Shown piece by piece: positions 11,201-23,530 of a stretch of 36,820 bases of DNA (its first letter is position 1; the number at the start of each line of letters is the position of its first letter). Both the position numbers and the translations under genes were made by a program. Location: the NCBI GenBank assembly GCA_000934665.2, contig KZ539009.1, positions 1-36,820 of the forward strand, in the 5' to 3' direction. The DNA comes from Catajapyx aquilonaris. Taxonomy: Eukaryota. The notes beneath the pieces were generated by a model. That model was not told the DNA's origin. It did no database searches and saw only the letters and a program-made list of their open reading frames with translations.

Positions 11201-14200
11201 TTGATTTACGACGTCGTTAAGTTGCGCCCACGTTCCACCCCACATTGCCCTTGGAGTATAATTGAGAGAGTCGGACGTGAATGTGGAGTGCAAGCAGCGC
11301 CCCCTGCTCAGCATTTGAAAGCGCTTCATGAGTCATTTGGGCAGGCGTAAAAGCCGTTTAATATGTGTAATACGCTCGGCGTAATTCAAGTCGGCGCGGA
11401 ATATTACGAGCTTTAAAATATCTCGGATTTTACGCGTCGGATTGGAAGGGGGGTACAATGGCGGGTGCGGACTTGTGGAGACATCTGGTGGTGGGTGTTG
11501 GAGCACCTGTGTAGAAATTGTGCAAACAGTGGCGGGGGGGGNNNNNNNGGGGGCAATCAGGCCGGCTTGATGACAGCCTGTAAAACACTTTGTGTAATGT
11601 GCAGTCAATACCTGGGCTCGAGGAAGTTGGCTGTCACGTCCAGTAAATTTTTAGCAGAAACATTTGCGCAAAAGTTGTGAGCAGGTTGCATTTTTACTGT
11701 AAAAATTTAGGCTAGTACAGGTATATGCTATCAGTAAAAAAATGTTCCTCACACTTGTCAGTGACAGAAAGTGGGACGAAAAATTTGCAATACAACTGGA
11801 ACGATTTTCAGAAGAAATGTCGAGCATGAGCCAATTGGACGACCATTACTCAACAATGCAAAGTTCAATATCAACCCGTGTAAGCCGATTGGCTGAAAAA
11901 TTCCATCACATACAGTGCGATTTACACGATTTTCATTTAATTTAAAAATCCCAATCCGTATTAAATGCCTGTAAAAAAATAATTCCAACCGCCATAGCAC
12001 CAGATGAACAAACGATTAAAAACTCCCAGTGATTGATCAACATGCAGTACAAACCCGGTGTTCTATGGGATTCAATGAAGTTGCCAGACTGTTACCTGCC
12101 GGGGTCGGACGTTGAACCGCGGTATGGATTTTTCCACCCCCATTTTTCGATAGGAAACATCGTTGACCCAGTCATCACCCGGAGTTTGCCCTTTTGAATG
12201 AAGCATGACATAATTTGAGCAACCAATTCTAGGTGTGGAGGCAGTGTGACCAAGCAGGTAGGGAGTGTGTGATGCCGGGTGTGAATGAGGATGGGGGAAA
12301 AAAAAGTGGTGGTGGTGGTGCTTGTGTGGTAATACGAGAAGTTGGGCGGATGCCGAGCAGTGTTCCATCTGTTGGGGGCTGTCCCAACTTTAGGCTAGGG
12401 GGGTTTGCCTGAAAAGGGACGCCCCTGCTTCCCCGTCCCTTCAAGCTCTTGGCCCCGACGACAGTGACGCATGGAGCTCCCACATTCAAGGGACTTGTCA
12501 ACGATTATGTGCACTTTTTTTTAGGGGGGTGGTACTAGAAAATGAACAGTGAGGCACAGGGATGATTAAATAACAACGCAGTGCAAGAACATTAATCAGC
12601 GTCATTACGCCTGTCAGGTTCCGCGTTTTCAAATCTTCTGCACTGTCCCGGGCAAGTTTGACGAGCGGATAACAACATTTGTTAAATTAGCCAATAAACA
12701 GCAATGACGGCATCATGGCCAACAGCTGTCAATTGGGCGCTAATTGCTATCATATATTATTGTTTGCGCCGTAAGTGGTGTGGGACGTGATTTTATACAG
12801 TGTAATTGTTGAGCATCTAACAGTATTTATGTTGCAATTAACATGTAAATATGAGCAAAAATTAATTTTTATGCACTTACATCATAGCACGTAACCGTGA
12901 ACCAAAAGTGAACTAGTTAGTAATTTATACAATTAGTAGGAATGAGCACTAGTCGGAACATGCAGTGTAAAAACAACGTATGTGGGTGGGGATTAGCTGG
13001 GACGGAGATAAATAGTGGCTGAGCCTGGTCTAAGAGGATCATAGGAGAGGATTAAACCGAGGAAGTGATCATTGTTCAGCGTGTTGGAAGTGCTGATTGA
13101 TATATTCGCCAGGCATTGTGCTGCCTAATCTCTCTGCATTGGGGAGGGGTGGAGCTGGGGGAATGGGGGGAATCTCCCTTTTATTCCTTTTCCAATGTGT
13201 TTTGGGAGGAGGATTGAATTGAAGGGACTTTCGTCGGGTTTTGGACAGAGGGAGATCGAAGGGGCTTTAGAATTGTGACATGAGCCTTTCCAGATGGGTG
13301 ATGTAATTCTGCGGTTGACAGGGCTCGACGAAGGAGCGTGCGGATTTCAATATGGATAATAACAACAACAAAAAAATGGCTGTGCATATATCCGGTGTTT
13401 TTCTGCGGGTGTTTAGGGATTTGGAGGGGATGTGGGGGAAGGATAATCGCGTTTTCTGGAAGAGAGAACACGGCTACAAGGAAACGCGATAGTCATTATA
13501 GGTGGAAAGTGATGTGATATGGAGGGTACAAGGTGATAACCTGTTGCGGTTGGTAACAAATCAAATGCCAAGTTTGTACCTGAGCCAAACTGGGTCTGCT
13601 CAATTATTTATTCAACTCTAAAACTGCTGACTGCAAGAAAGTTTTCATGGTAATTTTTGAATATATAGGGGAAAAATTATCCGCTACTATGAAATTTTCA
13701 TATTTTCGGTTGAAAATATTTTTCTCGAATATTTTTAGTGAGTAGACCACATCGTGTCACCACCATATTTGGGCACGGTGCTAATTCACGCCCGAAATCA
13801 GTTATGAGCTGAAAAATCACCGCTTTCCGAAATGTGTTTTCCCCCCTCCCCCTCCCTTCCCTTATTCTTCTTCTCCCCCCCCCCCCCCCCCNCCCTCCGG
13901 TTTCCTTCATTTCCGGCCGTGACTCCCAAATTTACAGCCACCATTCATCATCCCTGGAAGGTCCGGTTACTTCCGAGGCATTAAGCACATAACACATCTC
14001 TTAACCCATACTTCCGTGAACTTTCAAATTCCTTCCGATCAAACTCAAAACTTCTTCCCTCCCCACTTTTGCCTGCCTGCTTGTAAATCAAGGCAGGGAT
14101 ATAGCCTACAAGGGGAAGCTTGTATTGATATAGTGGGCTCACAAAGGGCAACTTCTTTTCTTTCCATTTACCATGGAGAAAAAAAGAGAACTGTATGCAG

Positions 14201-14901
14201 AAAAGAGGTTTGCGATTCTAAGCATATAAGCAAAAAGAAAAAGGAGGAGCTTTGATGAAATAATCTCTCTGGAATCGTAAAAGGAGGCCCGGCGAGCCGT
14301 CTGGAGTTCAAAGACTGATATTAAAAAAGAAAGAAAATATAGTAAGAAGGAGGATCTCTGGGCCCAGCTGCAAAACAAATCCCAATTGACTCGGGCTTCT
14401 TTTACTGCGATTTTACATTCAAGTGTTTTTTTTTTTATTTATATAAAGGCTGGAATTCCGCCTGAAAAGGTTATTAAGCGCTCAGATTTATCCGACTCTA
14501 TGGCGCACAACCTGTTGTTGTAAGTTGCAACTATTCTGTCAATGTCGACAATGTTTGCTCACGAAACGTAACAACCTACCCAAAAACGTGATGCACTAGT
14601 AATTTCGTTACTCTCCCCCCCTTCCCCGTTTGTTGATACGGTCCGACTAAATTTGGGTGGAAATCCAGCCTTTTAGCTGCCGGTATATAGCAGAACTGTA
14701 GAAGTCTATAGGGATGTGAGTGGGGGAGAGTACGTCACCCCCCCCCCCCCTACCACTCCTCTTTCCTCCTCCAAGTTAGTGAGAAAAGGCTTCCACTTGG
14801 TTCAAATTGCTTTCATGCAGGGTTCTGCCAAGCCATTCAAGGGCTGTAATCTGCTTCACACTCGCCTCGTTCCCGGAGCCTAGAGAAAGCCTTCTTCGTT
14901 T

Positions 14902-14940
14902 NNNNNNNNNNNNNNNNNNNNNNNNNNNNNNNNNNNNNNN
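14902..14940. other. Assembly gap (39 N) abutting poly-C
   Basis: Seen. Other N runs are at 11542-11548 and 28631-28652, with single Ns at 9582, 13892, 24251, 25379 and 33271. Confidence 0.95.
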
Positions 14941-16840
14941 CCCCCCCCTCTCCTGGAGGTTGCTTTTTCCCTTCCTTCCACTCAAGAGATCACATTTCAT
15001 TAAAAGTTGTAATTAGACGCTTGTTCGGTCGGCGGCTGGATGATAAATGGAAACTTCCCCCCGCCGCGTAATGAGACATAAGGGAATGGGAGATCCCGCC
15101 GTTGTTAATGAAGTTTGTCAAACATTAAGAAGCATTAAGGTGGGCTCCAGGAAGTGAATTAAATACCGGTGATTCGGGAGTAATGTCGTGCTTACCGGTG
15201 TTGATTTTTTTGGGGGATTTAGAAGAAATATTTAGCCAAGATTTAAACACGAGTGTCTCAAATAGAGTGTTCATATAAATGAAAATGGCCGTGGAAAAGT
15301 GAGGAGTTTTGTCTTTTTAAACTATTCAAAAATCGCACTAAAAGTAATTCCGATTAAAAATATTGTGGACAGACTAGATATCCATAAAGTCCAATTTCGT
15401 CGGGTTTGAGTCATACACTGCTATAAGAAAGCCTATATCATCTAGTGAAGTCCGTATAGTACCGGTACTAAAGATTCATAATGAACCAGCAAGCCAGAAT
15501 ATTCTGTCTTCACTTGCATAGTCAAACAAATCCCAAGTCTTGGCTTTGGGCAAGCTTCAAACTTTGGGCAAACTTATCGGATTTTTTGTGAAAATAGTAC
15601 TAAATTATGACGAAACTGTATCGGTGGCATGTAGCCCCGACATCTAACGGCATTATGTTGAACTGTGCCGACTGTGCGTTTATGCTTCCGTACAACTAGT
15701 GGTAAAAGTTGTATCCAGATAAGCCCGAATGTGTTTATCTTTGGTATCGGCGGTACAACTTGATGGCTTCAGTGGCGGCTTAGCTAATTAGCAGAAAAGG
15801 GGAGGGTATTTGACTCGGAAAGGAACAGTTTGGCAGCCTCGAAACTTGAGATGTGTGAAGTAACGATTTCCATCTCTCTGGCAATTGCGGATTACCTGGC
15901 TTGGGTACGTTAGGAACATTGTTCTAATCCACCAGGGCGCCTGCTAATGGTCGGAAAAGAGCCCCCCCGGGGGGGTGGATGGTGTGGCACAGACTTGTGC
16001 AAAACGACGCCATTTTGGGGCTAATGCAATGCTGTCGTGAACGAGTCTGGCTTTTTGGGGGTGGTAGGTCCCCCTTGTTTTTTTGTTAGGTCCCAGCGCT
16101 TTGCCTGCTAACTTGCGGTGATTTCAGGCGTTTTTGTTGTGAAATTGTGTTCAGCCGGCCGTGTAGTGTATAGTTGGCGCAGTTTCGGGTCGGGCTCAGG
16201 GATGTTTCTGTTTCCCACTAGCGGAGCTGCGAACTGCCGGCCTGTGGGTGTATTTACGAGTTCTAATGGACGCAACTGGTGGAAAATAAAATCACAGACC
16301 ACTCGTTTTTTTTTGTTTCTTTCTACCCCCCAAAAAACAGGCATTTTAGTTTAGTCCGGAGCTGGCCGGGACATTTAATGAACGTGCATTTGGGGTCGTT
16401 AGGACAATGTTGACCGAGCTGGCGTGTTGGTTCCCTGGATTATACGGACATGGGGCTCTTCTCTTCCGTCGACTTCAGAGTAGATAAACGAGCCATCCGA
16501 TTGTCAGAAACGGAGTGGAAGTCGCTTGGTTTTTTTCTATCTCTGGTGGCATTCAGTTCGAAGACTGTGGCATGAGAAGGGCTTCCCGAAACAATCCAAT
16601 TTCCGTCATTGGGAATGCAAGAGCTGGCCAAAGAGAACATGTTTTGGCCGAATGCTCCTGAGAGGTCTTTTGTCTACAGCAGGTCGCTGGGAGTTGACAA
16701 AAAAAAAGAGGGGGGACAACATTGATCTTCCGACAAAGTCGGCTGGGGAATGTGATGCCCTCTGATTGTGATGTATACGTTAGTCAATCTGAAAAAAAAG
16801 CAACTTTGGCATTGTGCCGTGTTGGCAGCAATTAACAGTC

Positions 16841-16866
16841 TGACCTGATCTGACCTTATCTGACCT
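16841..16866 (-). promoter_or_regulatory. Triple nuclear-receptor half-site array (AGGTCA n4 AGGTCA n4 AGGTCA on the - strand)
   Basis: Seen: TGACCTgatcTGACCTtatcTGACCT. AGGTCA is the established nuclear-receptor half-site; function here is inference. Confidence 0.35.
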
Positions 16867-18402
16867 CCTGGCTCAATTAGTAGGATGAATCCTCCTCCCC
16901 TCTCCCCCCCGCTCAGTTGTGTAGGGGCCACCTTGAGGTCTCCCGGGTTGGGTTATCCGGGCGCCGCAAATCCCAGGGCGCCCATATTCCGGGGTGGGGT
17001 TGAACGTGCATTCCATACAAAGATGCTGGGGGATCGAACACACAGATCCGGAGAAATTTGAAGCTGGGTGTTGGTAGTTTTTGGTGGCGGCGCCTGCAGA
17101 CTCGGGGGGCGCCTGGCTCCTTCCCGGAACAGCTGGTAGGTGGCAGGAGGGTCAAGTTTTCCTATTGGCCCGGGGTAAACTGACTCGCAAATTGAGTTAG
17201 GGAGTGTAGGTGGCGGTAATAACTAGAGTGCAGTGCATCAACGGCGGTGGTTTTACACAGTTGTGGCATCTACTTGACCCCGTGGCGTCCGGAGGTTGTA
17301 AAGGATTGTTGGAGAGCCAGGCCTCCCAGCCTCCGGGGGGATAAGGTGGCGGCCTGTTCCGGGCGCTAATCCGTACTCGAGTGGAGTAGCGGCAGCGGTT
17401 GTTGCGGCCTCTTGCCACTAGCCGCATCGCGCCCTCTAATGGACTTGGAGGCTTAGCAAAAGGCCCGCCCCGGACTCGCCTCCGGATTAATTAAGCGCCT
17501 TTACACCATTCCGGGGAGCACGGCTCTTATTGGCCCAGTCTTGGCCCAGGTCCATGTGGCCAGAGGGTAATACGGGGGTTTTTCTCTGGAAAAAATGGGG
17601 AGAGAACATATATGCTGCAATTTTAAGGGGAAATTTCAGCATGAGAGATTTTTTTGGAGGACAATGTGTTGAAAAGCTGGTACATATTAGAAAAAATAAC
17701 CAGTTGAGCCAATAAGCACAACTAGCAATGTGCAAAAAATCGAGTGAAAATTTTCAACAAGATTGGACCGATTTTTGGGATGAAATTGCTGATGGTTCAC
17801 AGCTTAATCCATGAAGTAATGGAAATTACTCCCAAAGGAATAATCCAATTTCAAGGGGAGTATTGAACGTAAGATTACTTAAAATTCAGATTTTGTTAAA
17901 AAAATGTAACGAGCAGGTGCCGTAATTAACTGGGAGCGTGGGTTTCTTGTTACACCGGGAGTGCTTATCTTTATAATTTTTTTGACTTCATTAGTCCCTT
18001 GCCGCGTGACTTAAAAATTTCCCCCGGCGTCTTGCCAACCCAATTACGCGATTAATATTTCGGCCCAATTCTGTAATCGCGATACTCTAATCGCGTTTAT
18101 GTTTTAATTCCACCCCCGCTTCTGACTTTTCGCGTGTAAACGTTGTGTGCCGAACCAAATTCCCGTTAATTGATTCCATTAGGAAGCATGGGAAAAGGTC
18201 ATTACTTGATCAAGTGCAATTAATCGATCTTTTTTTTACCCTCGCATCGGGGCGGGGATGTACATCGCAGATAATAAGCTTCCAAATCGTTACTCTAAAA
18301 TTGAAAGTGTCAATTTGCGAAATGAGTATCGAAAAAAAGTGCCATCCCAATTTTTGCGTAGATGCGCTAAAATTGCGGATAGGTTAATGAAGCTTCTGCA
18401 GC

Positions 18403-18620
18403 GAATAATTTTTATTTAGGTTGGTAAATAATTTCTTAAGCCGGCTGAATAATTTTACTTAGGATGGTGAATTAAAAACTTAGGTTGATGAATTGTTTTA
18501 CTTGGACGATGAATAACTGAATCAAGAATGGTTAATAAAATTTTCAGGTTTGGGAATAAATTTTAGACTGGTGTATAAATTTATTTGGAAAGTGAATAAT
18601 TTTATTTGCGACGTCGAATT
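18403..18620. repeat. Degenerate 19-23-bp minisatellite (~10 units), consensus approx. GAATAATTTTACTTAGGATGGT
   Basis: Seen units such as GAATAATTTTACTTAGGATGGT / GAATTAAAAACTTAGGTTGAT / GAATTGTTTTACTTGGACGAT / GAATAATTTTATTTGCGACGTC. Confidence 0.8.
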
Positions 18621-20700
18621 ACATTAGGATAAGTAGTGAGCATGAAAATATTGCGAATGATGATTAATTTTGTACGCGGGGCCTACTTTGATGCGATTTA
18701 AATTTCGAGTTGGCCGAATTTGGCGCGCAAAATTGCGAGAGTATAAAGGGGGCTTAAGTCCTGAGTCAGGCTTGAAGCAGTTGGGTTGTAAATGGCTTTG
18801 TTCGCGTCGACGGTCCCGCGATGAGAAAACGAGTCCCCGTTTCCTATAAGAGGCCGACAAGTAATTTTGGGCGCTCCGGTCCTATTTAGCGGATGGTCGG
18901 ATTTAGCCGCGGGAATCTGCAGGCCCCGGCTTCTGAATGGGCCCAGGAATTATAGGAGAAAAGTAGCTGGTCGGAGGGATAATGGAGTGGCAAGCCGGGA
19001 GACGCCTGAGTGGCCTATTAGAAAACATGATTGAAGTCCTCATTTGGGCCGCGGATGGCTGGATATCGGCAAATTGCTGGGCGTGACAAAACAAATGGGG
19101 GTGTGGCTCGGTAGGAGGAGGAGGAATCCATCTCGGTTTGAGGGACGACGATCTTGAGTAAGCAAATCTGAGGCCTCTCAGGTGGAAGCTAATTTGCCTG
19201 GAGCACCTCTCAATCCGGGATCGATTCACCAGGGAATAGCAATGTGCAATCTTTTTGATTGTAACTGTACAGCCACTTCAATTGTGTTCAATAAGTAGCG
19301 GTAATATTTGAACAGTTTTCGACCCTAGACCATTCTATATGATTGTATGTGCCTACTAAAATGGGGGCAGTGTGACCATTGAAAGTAAATATCGCGCGTG
19401 GATGATAACAACAACAACAAAAAAATGGAGCAGTTAACCCGTGTTAAAGGCCAAAGTTTCCAGCACATAAACACCCATTCACACATTCAGGCGCCATCAA
19501 CAGCCTCCATCTTTCTCTCCCCCTTCCCTCCTCTCCCCCTTAATCCTGCCCCTGTATAATTCTGGCTCCCCCCCCCCCTCCCCGACTGGCACTCCCGCGG
19601 GGGAATTTGCAATGCACAAAGGCCTACTTAGTGTGCAAGGAACTGTGAAGCCTTCCTAAAAGGCTTTGACTTGATGATTCCCACGTCGAAAAGGCGGGCG
19701 CAAAACCAGGGGCTGTCAGCTACAGGAACCGCGGTTTCCCTCGCCATCAACACCATCGCCGGGGTCTCAAATCCCACGGCCTCCCAAAAATGAAAATGCC
19801 ATTAGCACATGTCCGTCACTTACCCTACCCGCAAAACCTCCCCTCAAAAACATTTTTTTTTGTCCCCACCTCCCCCTATCCCTCGGTGGAGAGTGGAGAT
19901 GAAAAAAAAAAATCCCCAGCCATACATCCTCAATAATGATATTTTCATTCCTGCATAAGCAGCTGCATTTGTCATTCGGGTTTTGTCGGAGCCAGCCCAG
20001 TTGGCGCCACTGTGGTCAAGAGGGGACCTTCAAAGCGGCTACCAACTAACCCGAACTTTTTTTAAAAAAATCTTTATTTTGTTATTATCAGTTCGGACAA
20101 ACATCAAGCTGACCAGCCTCACCGCCAGATGGTGCACTCATCCTTTGGGCTCGTCCTAACGAGGGCAGCACTAATTAAAACCGCGTATAAAAAAATTTGC
20201 GACGGACTTGTATTTATTTAAGTCCAAGACGAGCAAAAGTAACACGAATTAGCAAATCGGATTAGGCCGCGTTTGGTTTGGACTTTTAGAGAGGCTGCAT
20301 GCAGAGGGGGGTCCACTTTTCCAAATTCGAGCCGGATCCAAGAAAAACCCGTGGACCTTTTCCCCGCACAGAGACAGGGTTGGGCACACACCCACACTAA
20401 CACATACACACACACAGGGGGATAATGAAAAAATCCAATCAGCGGACGTGTGCAGTACGTTGCAAAAACATGAAAGGCCGCGTTTTTACTTTGAACTGTT
20501 AATTTTTAATTAGGCCGATTTTCTCCTCGCGCAATAAACACGGGGCTTTGAAAATGTACCCAACACGCACGTAATTAACTTAAATCTGGGCCGGGTCGAG
20601 AGGTGGGGCGACAAACAAGGCTCGAATTTCATTATAAAATGGAAGGCAGGACTTGGAAGAAAAAGCAGTTTTTAGAGCGCGGGTCAAAGACCGGTTGGCT

Positions 20701-20722
20701 TTAGTTTTTGAGACACCCTGTA
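20701..20722 (-). mobile_element. Orphan CAGGGTG-type terminal inverted repeat remnant
   Basis: Seen: TTAGTTTTTGAGACACCCTGTA (reverse complement TACAGGGTGTCTCAAAAACTAA), the same terminus type as at 22872 and 23530. No partner end was found. Confidence 0.35.
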
Positions 20723-22751
20723 GACCCCGAGTGCTGAAACTATGTTGCTTAGCCGCAAATACCTGAACGGGCGCGTTTTCAGCCTCGTTGGGTAGCCTGT
20801 ATTTGATTAGAGCTTGCAAATACAAGAAGGGGGGGGATGGATAGGGTGGCGGTGGAGGAAATGGGGAAGAGGTTGGTGCGGCGTCGGCGGCGGAGTGTAA
20901 GAGACGTCTGCTCCAAAATGGTCATTGTGTCTATGTTTCACGCGCGGCTGGTCCTCAATGGAGTTGGAAATCATCCGGGTGCGGGGACATCCTACCCTCC
21001 CCTCCCCAGCTCTCCTTTTCACCAGGAAAAGGAACAAGGGCGTGGAGTTGCGAATCGTTCATGGGGCATTTAGTGCCAACCAAGCACCCCATCAAAACTC
21101 CCGTCGGAGTCCGGGTCCCCGTGAGATATCTGTCACATGGTGTCTAATCCGCGCCAAGATGGCCGACAATATGGTGCAATTGGGCCTGAATTGACTTTTG
21201 GTCCGGAATCTACTTTTTTTACATTTAAAGAGGGCATTTTCTTGCATTATTCTGACTTAACGTTGTCATTGGGTGATCGCTACTACTGTTGTTGTGGCCA
21301 TGCCAGGCACGGTATGTCGCTTTGCATGATTTTTTAACAGGCCTACATTAGCTCCATAGCAACCGCCATCAGTGCTCTTAGGGATGATCTACCCTAATCA
21401 TTTGGGTGATATCTCCAGGCTTGTTGATCACCATTGAAGGCCCGGGATCCATCCGCTTCTGGCGGGACGATTAAACGTCAAGTTTGAAACATATTAGGGG
21501 CATCAATGTGTGCCAGAAGGAATAAATGGAGCGGGGATATGCGCGCACGTCCAGGGCGATGGATGAGACCTGGCACCAGTTACACGACCCCCGCGTATCA
21601 ATTACTCCTATTAGCCATTATTAGTAGGATCAAATTGATTTTGTTATCACGTTGTGGGGAATGCGTTTGTTCCAGGGGAGCTTAATGATATGACACGGGC
21701 GCGTGAGGGCTATAGATGTATGCACTTGGTAACGTATAGGCTGCTGGATACATAACCGTGTTTTCAGAGTAATAGAATGACAAATCCATTAGGGCGAAAC
21801 CCTAGCCCTGGTGTGGGTCAATATGCACGGTGGGGGCAACGCTTAACAAAAACAGCGTGTCGAGCCAGGGGGGTGGGCGGGTAATAAATTAACAGGTCCA
21901 TGTGCACATCCTTTGCTCAGGATCAATGCGAAGGCCCAGGTAATTCTCTGTACCTGGCGAGTAATTAATTTGGCTAATTGTGCCCCGTTTTGGTAGCGTA
22001 CAAACTGTCAGGGAGAGGAAATGTCAGTGTTTCTCAGGTGTTTAGATAGAGGGGTTTCGTGCCGGGCGAGGGGCGGTTTTGCAAGAGTTGCAGGCAACTT
22101 TATGGCCGCTGCGTGCAAGGGAACATAATCATTATGGGGGATTACAGTAATGAAAGCGCAGAGGAACAGATAAAACCGGGCGATAAAATGCAAAGCGTTG
22201 CACGCCAGGGCCTCCCATGGCCCTCCCCCTTTTCCAGCCCCGAAAAGGATTAAAAGGAAAGTGGATCTTTGGCCAGGAGCCCAGGGAGCTCGCCCCGGGG
22301 CGCATGACCCATGGGCCGGACACGCAGGTGGACCCTAGCTGGAACATGCCACCATTTTTTTTTCTCTCTCTCTCTCTGGTAAAACTGGAAATAAAAACAG
22401 TGGGCAGAATCGGGCACAATCAGAGATAAAAATGGTTCCAAGGGAGTCGTAGCTGGGGGACTTATCAGCTTGTCCGATGGGTGGCAAATGCAATTAGCCG
22501 CCCGGGGCTCATTGGGCGTTGCCAAATGTGTTAATAATGTAAATGTTGGCCTTTATATTACCCGGTGACAGCACGCGGTGGCTCGTTTTTCGATTCATCA
22601 TTCTGGCCACCCTAACCCCTCTTTCCGGACCACCACCCGCCCGGATTGGGTTACGTCAAGCGGTAATCATTGGGACCAAACAGCAGGAAATTGAAGAGCA
22701 ACCAAAAAGTCCACATAAGCTTCATGTATGTTTTTTTGTTGTGTTTTGCAG

Positions 22752-22862
22752 GGTTTCGACACATCTCACAATGACGTGGGCACCAGCGACGACAGCGGGC
22801 TGGCGTCGGGACGCGTGAATGGCCCCACCCGTTGCGACGACGCCCAAGATCGCCTTAGCGAC
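22752..22862 (+). CDS. Exon B (111 nt, phase 0-0); GFDTSHNDVGTSDDSGLASGRVNGPTRCDDAQDRLSD
   Basis: Seen: T-rich tract ending ttttgcAG (22750-22751) and consensus donor GAC|GTAAGT at 22863. It has 37 open codons and GC-rich, coding-like composition against its flanks. Phase is compatible with exon A. Confidence 0.82.
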
Positions 22863-22871
22863 GTAAGTACC

Positions 22872-23530
22872 TACAGGGTGATCCAAAAGTACAGGGTGTT
22901 TTTTTTGTTTTGAGACGGTTGGAGTGTAATCTCATCTCCGGGATTCTCTCTGACACAACTTTTCACTCGGTAATGATTGATATCGGCAGGGGAGCTCTCA
23001 GGAAACCGGTTACACAAAAACATAAGTATCGATTTTGCCAAACATCATTTTGTACTCCTGTCAAGGAATTTTTTTTCCCTCCCTTCACCCCCTATACTCC
23101 TGCTTGTCCACTTTTTTTTTGTGGGTGGTTGAATCTAGCTGCTATCCAACTGGGCATTATTATGATGCTTCCAGATTGTTATCGAGGGTAGCAAATGGCT
23201 TGTCATGTCCCGCCGGAATCAAGTTGGAGGCTATAGTGGGATGGAGAGGGGGAAAAAAATGGGGGTTTACAAGGCGAGTCTTGTTTACAATTTCTGGCAT
23301 TTTGTATCAGATAGGCCGGATTGGTTAGGGGGGAGGCACAGGCTAAGCTAGAAAATAATGTGACGGGTGTAACAGGATTATCTGATCGCAATTCATTCGT
23401 ACAGGGGGAATGATTGAATTAACTTTTGTGAGCGGTTGGATGATCACTGTTTATGGGGGATGGCTATTTATTGCACATGATCAGTCGTATTTCAAAAGTT
23501 AGATCAGGTGCCGTTTTGGCACACCCTGTA
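22872..23530. mobile_element. Candidate non-autonomous Tc1/mariner-type element (MITE), ~655 bp, TA-flanked
   Basis: Seen: TA|CAGGGTGATCCAAAA (22874-22888) and TTTTGGCACACCCTG|TA (23514-23528) form a 13/15 inverted match with TA on both sides. A second TACAGGGTG lies at 22890, and there is no coding capacity. TA target duplication is established for Tc1/mariner. Pairing these two ends into one element is inference. Confidence 0.45.

Larger units (their letters stand above)
6409..22751 (+). other. Putative GT-AG intron (~16.3 kb) between exons A and B
   Basis: Inferred from the flanking donor and acceptor. I found no other convincing internal exon by eye, but small or alternative exons could be missed. 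Confidence 0.6.

Noticed and set aside
11742..11945. 67-aa ATG ORF with a helical, protein-like look
   Set aside because: It has no good acceptor/donor pair and no recognisable family. It would need TBLASTN or RNA-seq support.
16440..16640. Minus-strand peptide containing DGNWIVSGS, reminiscent of a WD40 strand
   Set aside because: It lacks the following D..(I/V).(I/V)W(D/N) and any neighbouring repeat or splice signals, so it is likely a chance match.
18403..18620. Repeat array considered as CRISPR-like
   Set aside because: The units are contiguous and degenerate with no unique spacers; it is a minisatellite.
13353..19428. Near-identical TGGAT(A/G)ATAACAACAAC…AAAAAAATGG at ~13353 and ~19399
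   Set aside because: The match is mostly low-complexity (AAC)n plus poly-A, and the similarity does not extend.
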